Origin: a virus
Virus record (IMG/VR): IMGVR_UViG_3300032053_000043
Location: 11,104 to 75,103 of that record
Direction: 5' to 3' (one strand)
Length of the DNA: 64,000 bases
Part shown: one piece after another, positions 8,858-16,371 of the stretch
Layout: each line of letters begins with the position of its first letter
Position numbering within the stretch: the first letter of the stretch is position 1
Notes under the pieces: generated by a model
What the model was told of the DNA's origin: nothing
Database searches by the model: none
Seen by the model: the letters and a program-made list of their open reading frames with translations, nothing else
Position numbers and translations under genes: made by a program

Positions 8858-11740
8858 TTACATGCTCCGATAGCCGTGAGGTTTGGCGTACACCCTCATG
8901 CGGCAGAGGTCGAAATGCTCGTCCACGTTGTTGCAACTCAGGTCCACCCGCAGGCGCTCGTGGCGGATGTTGATTTGGTTCGTGATGTCCTGCGCGGGGT
9001 TCTCCGTCAATGGCAACGTCTTCGTCAGTTTCACAACCTCATCAATGCCGTAGAATCGTACCCATAGGCCCCGCAGCGTGATAATTCCTCCGGCCCCGGC
9101 TTCATCTACTCCGGCATTGGCGTAGGTGAATTGCGTGGCGTTCAGATACGAAACCTCAATGTCAGTCCCGTTGAAACTATTTGGCGTCACTCCGGCGATA
9201 TTCACCCTGTCCATGGGTTGCAAGCGATGGTCCGCCGTGGTCGTAACTGTGACCAACCCGAACGTTCGCGCGATGGTTAAAACCGTGGGAGTGATCGGCG
9301 CCCCTTGCACCCGCATCGTAACGCCCCGGAAAAGATTCAGACCTTCCTTCCGTGGGCAAACAGCGCCGCAACGGTATTGCTGCGCGATGGCGACCTTCGT
9401 GGCCGGCCCGATCAAGTCGGCATGGACCACCGCATCGAAGACCCCGACGTAACTCCCGTCGGAGCTCACGTAGAGCAGTTCGGCCCCATCAACCACCAGC
9501 GAACTCGGCACGTTCCCAGCGAATGTCCAGATGGACCGTTTCGTTTTCTCCTCCAAAATGTCAAACACAATCATCTGGTTCGGAACTGATAACCCGACGC
9601 CGGGCACCAGGACCAAGACGCGATCCATGGCGACATCAACACGCACTTCCGCGCGCGCGAAGGCCGCGTTGTTTAGCGCCAGCCAAGTTGGCCGAATCGT
9701 CTTTGTGATCGGGGTCGGTTCGCCACCGTCGAATTTGTAGAAACCTCGCGCCTCCAGCAGATACGCCACGCGCTTGTCGTTGTCCTCATCGGCGCCCCCG
9801 CCGGCCACGCAACTCGGTCCCGAAGATCCCACTCCAGCCACCCGGAACAACGCCCACTCATAGGGCTGCCCGCCATTGTCCTGGGTGGCCCACAAGGCGC
9901 GTTCCTTGGTGTAGTAGAGGGTGTCGCCCTGCTGGAAGATGTTGGTCAACCGCTGGCTGTCTTCTCGGCGGACGGCCTGGAACCCCGTCGCCGCGTTGAA
10001 ATTCTCAGGTGCGTCCGGCTCAGAAAATAGAACCAGGCTAGAATCCGAACCATCTCCCAGTAAGGCCAGCCGCATATTGAAGAAGAAAGGAACCATTTGG
10101 CCCGTCAACGTGTGCCGATAGCCCAGGAGCGCCGCAGCGTCTTCGCTCTGCTTGACTTCCGTGTCGCTCAGGTTCAGGGTTACGGTTGCCGTGCCCACTG
10201 CGAGGCTCGCCACCACGTAGAACTGCAGTAGGCCAGCCTGCGTCATAATGATGTGCAGCTTCGTGACGTGGGCGGCATAGTAGGTCGCGCCGTACAGGCC
10301 TTGATCGAGGTAGACTGGAAGATTGGCAATCACCAGATTGTGCGGGCCGCCCAACGTAAGTGTCGCCGCGCCCCATCCCCCGTGCGTGCAAGCCGAGGTG
10401 GTCACAATGGCATTACCCGCCGCCCCTGGCGTCCGGGCTTCCACAACCTGTGTGGTGTTGGTGTTGGTGGTGGCCTTCACGGTGGGGTGCATTGCCAGGC
10501 AGGTATAATCAATGCCCGGCAGGCCCGCGAAGTTTATGGCGGATTTCAGGTTGTCGAGTGCCGCCGCCAATGTCCCGCCGATCAAGACTTCGCCTTCAAT
10601 TGTCGTCAGCGGCCCCGTCCTCCAAGTATATGTCTTGGTGTCAATGGTGAGGGTGTCGCCGTCATGCGGCACATCCGTCCCAGTGAAGGTGCCCGTCGCC
10701 CCGTAGTTCACCGCCGTGAATTTCGGCCAAGTGGTGTAGTAGGCGACCGCCGTTTGAGCGCCGGCGGTGGTCGTCAGATGCAGCAGGATCGAGGTGATTA
10801 CATGATCCACCGTGTACTCGATATAATTGATGGTAACTTTCTGGCCCGCCGCTATGGCCGTGAAGTCGTCTCCCGAGACCCATGCCACAATGTAGTCCAG
10901 GCCTGATACCGAAGTCGTCACCGTCCCCGACCGCTCATACTTAAAGGCCGGCCCCACCCAGCCGCTTCGCGTTTCCGCCAGCACTCCAAAGTAGTGTTCA
11001 CCTGGAGTAATCGAGCCGGCGGCCGGTTGGGTGAAAGTCAGACTGGATTGCGCTTCGGCGGCCAGCGCGAAGGGCATTATGTTCGGCCACGCCCAGGTCG
11101 GATCGTAGAGATAGGGCGGCAGTGTTCCCTGGTAGGCGTCCGAGAAGCAAATCACCGCTCGGTCGTTGTAGGGAGCGATGCGGAAATGCACCGTCGTTGC
11201 TGGCAACCCGGCCAGTAAATCCATCGTGAAATACACGGTCCCGGTAAATGCCCCGAACGTGATGGTGTCTATCGGGATGGTGAAGTTGCTCCCGTCGATC
11301 TTGGTCACGATCCGGGTCCCATTGATCGCCGCCCAGGCACCGGTGGCCCCCGCAATCTTGATCGTCATGGCACTCGGCAGGCCATGATTCCCTACCACCG
11401 TCAACTTCGTCGGGCTGGCGTTCGACCCCGCCACAATCTGCATTGCCATCCTGAGAGTAGGATTGCCGGCCGTGGCGTAAAGCAGCAGATGCCGCCTCGA
11501 GAAAGGCGCGGCCGTCAGAAACAGTTCTTGATGAAGGATGCCGGGGCTCGCGGCTTGTCCCGTGAGGAACTTCACCGCTTGCCCCGGCCGTTGAAAGACC
11601 GAACTGGGAGTGAAGGCGCAGTTCAGGGCGGGGTCTGCATACTCCTTTGGAACATCCTGGGGATCTCCGATGGTCCACAGCCCCAAGAATTCTTCCAGTT
11701 CGAGCTTGTCGAATTGTTGCAGACCCCCGCCCATCGCCAC
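8858..11740 (-). CDS. Tail nozzle / DNA-stabilisation protein (P22 gp10 / T7 gp12-like) with inserted accessory domains
   Basis: N-terminal FLGLW...ALNC..F...RPG pattern, LFSEPDAPENF propeller motif, FCCH-like HGL/HRL inserts; follows the adaptor. Confidence 0.7.
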   Translation of the reverse strand: MAMGGGLQQFDKLELEEFLGLWTIGDPQDVPKEYADPALNCAFTPSSVFQRPGQAVKFLTGQAASPGILHQELFLTAAPFSRRHLLLYATAGNPTLRMAMQIVAGSNASPTKLTVVGNHGLPSAMTIKIAGATGAWAAINGTRIVTKIDGSNFTIPIDTITFGAFTGTVYFTMDLLAGLPATTVHFRIAPYNDRAVICFSDAYQGTLPPYLYDPTWAWPNIMPFALAAEAQSSLTFTQPAAGSITPGEHYFGVLAETRSGWVGPAFKYERSGTVTTSVSGLDYIVAWVSGDDFTAIAAGQKVTINYIEYTVDHVITSILLHLTTTAGAQTAVAYYTTWPKFTAVNYGATGTFTGTDVPHDGDTLTIDTKTYTWRTGPLTTIEGEVLIGGTLAAALDNLKSAINFAGLPGIDYTCLAMHPTVKATTNTNTTQVVEARTPGAAGNAIVTTSACTHGGWGAATLTLGGPHNLVIANLPVYLDQGLYGATYYAAHVTKLHIIMTQAGLLQFYVVASLAVGTATVTLNLSDTEVKQSEDAAALLGYRHTLTGQMVPFFFNMRLALLGDGSDSSLVLFSEPDAPENFNAATGFQAVRREDSQRLTNIFQQGDTLYYTKERALWATQDNGGQPYEWALFRVAGVGSSGPSCVAGGGADEDNDKRVAYLLEARGFYKFDGGEPTPITKTIRPTWLALNNAAFARAEVRVDVAMDRVLVLVPGVGLSVPNQMIVFDILEEKTKRSIWTFAGNVPSSLVVDGAELLYVSSDGSYVGVFDAVVHADLIGPATKVAIAQQYRCGAVCPRKEGLNLFRGVTMRVQGAPITPTVLTIARTFGLVTVTTTADHRLQPMDRVNIAGVTPNSFNGTDIEVSYLNATQFTYANAGVDEAGAGGIITLRGLWVRFYGIDEVVKLTKTLPLTENPAQDITNQINIRHERLRVDLSCNNVDEHFDLCRMRVYAKPHGYRSM

Positions 11741-11743
11741 TCC

Positions 11744-12886
11744 TTACGCATAGATCGCCGGCCCGGTGCGCCGCAGGATCACGCCGATCACCAGACCTAC
11801 CGTGTTCGTGACCGTGCCGGTGAAGTCCAGGCCAATCGCGTACCCCTTGCGCAATTGCGTGTTGAAGATGGTCCGATGCGGCAGGCCGACGACGGAACTG
11901 TTGATCGGAGTGCCCGCCAGGTCCATCTCGGCCGCCAGCATTGCCGTCCCGCTGGCTACCGCAACCCCGTTCGCGCAGGAACGCAGCATCAGCGTCATGT
12001 CCGTGCCACTGGCGAAGGTGACCCCGACGAAGCTGGCGTTGGCGCAAGTCTCGGTGGAAGCGAAGGCGTTGCCTGCCGTGCCCTTGACCCGCGCGTTAAA
12101 GACCGTGGTTGTACCGTCCGAGGACAATCCCAGGATTCTCGAATGCGCCACGGTCCCGGTGCCGTACAACGTCCCTTCACCCGCGGCCTTGTTGACCGCC
12201 CGGAGGATGTTCAGGTGGCTGGCCGTCTGGTTTGCCCCGATCAGCACCTCGTTCGCCACCGCGGGGATGCTCAGGACCGCCACGTAGGCGTAGGTCTTGG
12301 CCGTTGCGCCCGTACCCAAGGTCACGGTCTCAGCGTCCAACCCGCCCGTGAAAAGGGCACCGCCGGTAAACGTGATATGCCCCGACCCGCCTCCCGCGAT
12401 GGTGCTCGCAATCGCGTTTCCACCCACTCCGCCCGTGCGGGCCTGGAAGGTCTGGTCCGTGGCCGTGTTGGTGGTCGCCTGGACCGTGGGATGCGCCACG
12501 GCGCAGGAATAATCCGTGCCCGGGGTGCCCGTGTGGTTCACCGCGGACAAGGCGTTGTCCAAGGCCACCGCCGCCGAACCGCCAATCAGGATTTCTCCTT
12601 CCACCGGCGTCAACGCTGTCCTGAAGGTGTAAGGCTTGGTGCCCAGCGTGAAGGAATCGCCGTTATGCGGCGTGTCGGCGGCGTTCAGAACATTCGTTGC
12701 CGCAATCCAGCCCGTGAACACGCCGCCACTCGTCAATGTTGCGGCGGCCACCGCCCCGCCCGATCCCGACCCGTTGCGGGCGATCACCCCGATCAGATCG
12801 TAATCCTCGTCGGCGGGGACGAAAAACCGATCCACGCATCCCACCGCATCCAGACAAATCGCAAATCGTTCGAGTCTCCGACCCAT
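11744..12886 (-). CDS. Virion structural protein with two inserted ~95-aa repeat domains
   Basis: Thr/Gly/Ala-rich; two T.T.GTK.Y...E.LIG...N...AVN...H.....AR..G..GNA units. Confidence 0.6.
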   Translation of the reverse strand: MGRRLERFAICLDAVGCVDRFFVPADEDYDLIGVIARNGSGSGGAVAAATLTSGGVFTGWIAATNVLNAADTPHNGDSFTLGTKPYTFRTALTPVEGEILIGGSAAVALDNALSAVNHTGTPGTDYSCAVAHPTVQATTNTATDQTFQARTGGVGGNAIASTIAGGGSGHITFTGGALFTGGLDAETVTLGTGATAKTYAYVAVLSIPAVANEVLIGANQTASHLNILRAVNKAAGEGTLYGTGTVAHSRILGLSSDGTTTVFNARVKGTAGNAFASTETCANASFVGVTFASGTDMTLMLRSCANGVAVASGTAMLAAEMDLAGTPINSSVVGLPHRTIFNTQLRKGYAIGLDFTGTVTNTVGLVIGVILRRTGPAIYA

Positions 12887-12934
12887 TTTCTGCTCCTCTT
12901 CTCTGCGGTACCGCTTCGTGGGTTCGCAGAATCA

Positions 12935-14227
12935 CTAACCGCATCCCCTCCGTCTCCGCCCCGCGTTCCGGTAGGGTTTCGGGCCGCGGGGAATGCCCTG
13001 TTGTGCCTTGACCGATATGTTGATCACCGCCCACTTGGCCCTTTCGTACTTGCCCTCCAGGTCGGCCGCCAGCGCCTGGGTCTCTTCCTTGCGCTTCGCC
13101 GCTTCCGCCGCCACTCCGTAGACCATCGGCCAATAATAGGTGTGGAAACCGCTCGGGTTCGCGGAAGTCGGATAGCCGTACAGCTTCGTGTAGCGAACCT
13201 GGATCAACTGCGCGACCGTCGCCGCGTTCACCTTCAGCGCTAGGTCCGACCATTCCCAAAACGTCAGGTTGGCCGGCGGTGATACCGGGTCCGGGTCCAG
13301 CCGGTCGCACTTCGCCACTTCCGTCCACTCGTTGCCCGCCGTCTCCCGCTGGAAGATCGCCAGCGGTTCAACCAGATCCGCCGGCAGCCCGGTAATCGTT
13401 ACGGCGTTCGCCACGTAAGCCAGGGCCGCAGTCGTCTCGCCGAACTCGATGGAGTGCTGCCGCAATTCCGCCTCGATCTGCTCTTTCACCGAACCCGCGA
13501 GTTCCAGGAGGAATGAATCGGCAAACTTCGACTTCGCCGTATCCATTACCTGCACCCGCACCGAATCGAGCCAGGTGTGTGCTGCCCGATCCGGCGCCGG
13601 CCCGCGCAGCACGCCTTCGAGCTTCTGTTTCTCGCGCGCCACCGCGATCTTCAGTGAGTCGATGTAGCGGGCACCGTTGGCCTTGGCTTCGGCATCCAGC
13701 CCCGTGGGAGTGGCCGCCAGGGTCGCTATCCCATAGACCAGGGGCCAGTAGCAATTCTCGAAACCCACCGCCGTGGCACCCACCGCATAGGCCGCCTGGG
13801 ACTCGTAGCGGATCAGGACTTCGCGGTTGCCCGCCGCGGCCGGCACGCGCAACGTCCCGTTTGCCCACTCGTAGGAGCCGAACACCGCCGGGGCCGCGGC
13901 CAGGGGCGCCGGAAGTTCCCGCTTCCGCTCCATCACCGTCCAGTCCGCAGCACCCGCCGCCCGCTCCCATATCTCGATGGGCGCGTAAAAGTCCGTCAGG
14001 GTCGCCAGGGAAACCGTCGTTGCTCCGCCCGCAACCGCGATCGCCGCGGAAACCTTTTCGGCGAATTGCAGACCATCGGCCGAGAGGACGTTCTGAATTT
14101 CTCCGTGCGCCTGCGCCGCGAACGGGAGTAGGTAAGCGGACGTGTAAACCTCTCTAGCGGTATCATTCAAGAGGTTCGCTGCGTCGGCCATCGCCTGTTC
14201 GAACGTTCGGGATGAAATGGAACTCAT
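12935..14227 (-). CDS. Head-tail adaptor (tail tubular protein A-like), tandemly duplicated domain
   Basis: Two ~210-aa homologous halves (PIEIWER/PLAIFQR, YEW/WEW, IRY/VRY, YWPLVYG/YWPMVYG, RGP/RGP); upstream of nozzle. Confidence 0.7.
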   Translation of the reverse strand: MSSISSRTFEQAMADAANLLNDTAREVYTSAYLLPFAAQAHGEIQNVLSADGLQFAEKVSAAIAVAGGATTVSLATLTDFYAPIEIWERAAGAADWTVMERKRELPAPLAAAPAVFGSYEWANGTLRVPAAAGNREVLIRYESQAAYAVGATAVGFENCYWPLVYGIATLAATPTGLDAEAKANGARYIDSLKIAVAREKQKLEGVLRGPAPDRAAHTWLDSVRVQVMDTAKSKFADSFLLELAGSVKEQIEAELRQHSIEFGETTAALAYVANAVTITGLPADLVEPLAIFQRETAGNEWTEVAKCDRLDPDPVSPPANLTFWEWSDLALKVNAATVAQLIQVRYTKLYGYPTSANPSGFHTYYWPMVYGVAAEAAKRKEETQALAADLEGKYERAKWAVINISVKAQQGIPRGPKPYRNAGRRRRGCG

Positions 14228-14238
14228 GTTCTTTCTTC

Positions 14239-15075
14239 CTACCCCTCTGCCCTACCGTGGACACGAGACCTGATCAGGCTAGAACTAGCCCCTAACTGCA
14301 CCGCTATCGAACGAAAAGACCATCCTGCTTTCCGCAATTCACTGACATCGGTTGCTAAAATGTCGCGGCGGTACCAAGGACTGCGTTCTCCCCGCTTTGC
14401 ATCGGACATTTTTAGCCGTGCCTCGGGACTTATCACTTTCCCTAAGCAACGCTTGTTGCCGAGGGCCGATTCTCTAAGTTTGTTGCGTGTCTCTGCGCTC
14501 ACTATCCTCCCGCGCAGGCCGCTGGATATTTTTGCCCGCGTTTCAAGGCTAAGCGTTTTGCCACGGTGCCTCTCACTGATTTTCTGCCGTTGCTCCAGAC
14601 TCAACGTCTTTCCTGCGCGGTGCTGATTCCCCATCATCCTTTCGGAAATCCTCCTACGATGTTCAGGCGTAATAGTCTTGCCGCGATGCACATTCCCTAT
14701 TTTCCGTTTAGTCTCAGGAGTGGCTAAGTCTCCCTCTCCACCAAATGTAGAGTTGTATCCGAACGCTGGATCATGGGATTTCAATAGCGCAATCCATTTC
14801 ATTTCTAGTGCATTCGCGACCTCGTGATTCTCGGCGCGCTCGATCTCTAAGACTTCCCATGATCCCGGACCATATTTGAGAATGGCTCTTGAAAAATAAA
14901 CTTGGGGACGCTTCCTCGCATCCCAGAGGTGTTGGCGCCATCTTGCGGACACCCGTTGTCCAGTCTTGCCAACATAACATTTCCTGTTCGTCCGGTTAAT
15001 CACCAGATAGACGGATACATTCACACCAACCCCCGCCATCGCCTGCGTAAAGGTTCGCTGTGCTATGGTACTCAT
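14239..15075 (-). CDS. GIY-YIG homing endonuclease with NUMOD3-type repeats
   Basis: VYLVIN...CYVGKT, RWRQH, conserved E, GYN..GG, repeated S.E.R.KIS...GK units; lower GC than neighbours. Confidence 0.9.
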   Translation of the reverse strand: MSTIAQRTFTQAMAGVGVNVSVYLVINRTNRKCYVGKTGQRVSARWRQHLWDARKRPQVYFSRAILKYGPGSWEVLEIERAENHEVANALEMKWIALLKSHDPAFGYNSTFGGEGDLATPETKRKIGNVHRGKTITPEHRRRISERMMGNQHRAGKTLSLEQRQKISERHRGKTLSLETRAKISSGLRGRIVSAETRNKLRESALGNKRCLGKVISPEARLKMSDAKRGERSPWYRRDILATDVSELRKAGWSFRSIAVQLGASSSLIRSRVHGRAEG

Positions 15076-15247
15076 ATGTTCTCAATCGCGGCGACCTGCG
15101 CCGTGAAGGTCCCGCTCGAGCAGGTGGCGTCGATGTCAATGTACCAAGTAGCCGTCGAGGCAATCGCCGCTGTCGCCGGGGCGCCAATCAATTGCGGAAG
15201 CACGACCGCTCCGGCGGTGGCGACCCCTGCCGCCTGCACGCTCGTTG
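15072..15247. repeat. Direct repeat copy 1 (pairs with 63825-64000)
   Basis: 173/176 identity by manual alignment; offset 48,753. Confidence 0.95.
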
Positions 15248-15980
15248 CCGAGCGCACCGTTACCAACGCCTCGAACCCCGCCCAGGCGTTCGCTACCTGT
15301 GCCGCTGAAGTGGTTGAAATCCACGCCTGGTTGTCGCTCGTCGTCCCGTTCGCACCTGCTCGTACCCTGAAGATCAACGTGCCCGTGGAAGACGAATTGC
15401 CGACAACCCGCACGCGGAAGGTATCTCCAGTTGCAACCGAGTTCGCTGCGATCGCGCACTTGTAAAGCAGCGTCTCGCCGGTCCCTGACGTAGCGACCGC
15501 TGCGGGCATGGTACAAACCGCGATCAGCTTCTTCTTGCCTGCCAGCGTGGTCTGTAGGTTCGTCACATCCGAGATGGGGTGAGCATGGGAAGCAGCGGCT
15601 TTGCCTGCAAGGTCCGTTGTGAGATTCGTGACTTCGCTTTCGGCGTGGCCGTGTGAACTCGCGGCCTTGCCATTCAAGGCGTTTGCCAGGTCCGTTTGTG
15701 AACTCAGAGTTCCAGTAATCGCTCCCCAAACTCCGCTGCCGCCCGCTGGAGAATCGAACGGTACCCAGGCCGAGCCGGTGTCAGTGCATTGAACCCGCTT
15801 TGTACCGCCGCCCACCGTGCAACTTGTCGAGGCCAAGGCATTCGTGATTGTGGCAAAGCGGCCCTCGCATCCCGCAGTCGGAAGGTCAGCAACCAAGAGG
15901 CGGCCGAGGTACACATTGCAATCCTGATCGGCCTGAAGGCTCAGTGCTGCGAAGGTGAAGATTGTTAGGAGTAACCGCAT
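15072..15980 (-). CDS. Exported tail-fibre-like protein with phage-tail (H-x-H) repeats
   Basis: Start at ATG 15980 (TAATG overlap); MRLLLTIFTFAALSLQA|DQ; WGAITGTLSSQTDL, HGHAESEVTNL and HAHPISDVTNL repeats. Confidence 0.75.
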   Translation of the reverse strand: MRLLLTIFTFAALSLQADQDCNVYLGRLLVADLPTAGCEGRFATITNALASTSCTVGGGTKRVQCTDTGSAWVPFDSPAGGSGVWGAITGTLSSQTDLANALNGKAASSHGHAESEVTNLTTDLAGKAAASHAHPISDVTNLQTTLAGKKKLIAVCTMPAAVATSGTGETLLYKCAIAANSVATGDTFRVRVVGNSSSTGTLIFRVRAGANGTTSDNQAWISTTSAAQVANAWAGFEALVTVRSATSVQAAGVATAGAVVLPQLIGAPATAAIASTATWYIDIDATCSSGTFTAQVAAIENI

Positions 15981-16363
15981 TAGAACCCCAATCTCGCAAG
16001 CAGTATGTCCCGCTGCGCTGGTGTGAGCAACTGCCACACGTCGCGCCGGAATTGCGTCTGGGCCTGTTTGTCCTGAGCCGCCAGCGACCGAACTTGCCGA
16101 GACAATGTGCCGATGCGGGCGAGGTCAGGGCTTGGAGCGTCCAACAGGACTTCCAGTTCGTCAACAGTCGAGGCCATCTGCACCTGCAAATTGGTGACGG
16201 CATCGTTGCGCGCTTGAGTCAGCGTTGCCACTGCCTGCTGCTGCACTTCGGTCAGATTCAGACCGGCTAACGGAGAAGCGATCAGGGCCATGGGCGAGAG
16301 TTGCGCGGCGGCTATGGGAACCAAAACTAGACTAACAACCAGGACCATCAAAAGTCGTTTCAT
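15980..16363 (-). CDS. Spy/CpxP/ZraP-like periplasmic protein
   Basis: Signal peptide MKRLLMVLVVSLVLVPIAAA|Q; LNLTEVQ and LLTPAQR LTxxQ motifs bracketing helices; L..LL.A.SPD motif. Confidence 0.8.
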   Translation of the reverse strand: MKRLLMVLVVSLVLVPIAAAQLSPMALIASPLAGLNLTEVQQQAVATLTQARNDAVTNLQVQMASTVDELEVLLDAPSPDLARIGTLSRQVRSLAAQDKQAQTQFRRDVWQLLTPAQRDILLARLGF

Positions 16364-16371
16364 CTTGCACC

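Larger units (their letters stand above)
1..15075 (-). mobile_element. Phage A: partial podovirus-like genome (tail/ejection module)
   Basis: Contiguous, tightly coupled minus-strand ORFs in adaptor-nozzle-spike-ejection order; visibly higher GC than the rest of the window. Confidence 0.85.

Noticed and set aside
11384-13243. Long plus-strand ORFs (e.g. 11384..13243, 2768..3964, 61075..61947)
   Set aside because: Antisense shadows of real minus-strand genes in GC-rich DNA; no motifs
1-15075. Genome-wide TAG reassignment in phage A
   Set aside because: TAG serves as an ordinary stop at 14239-14241, followed by an out-of-frame next gene; long ORFs are intact under code 11; no suppressor tRNA seen
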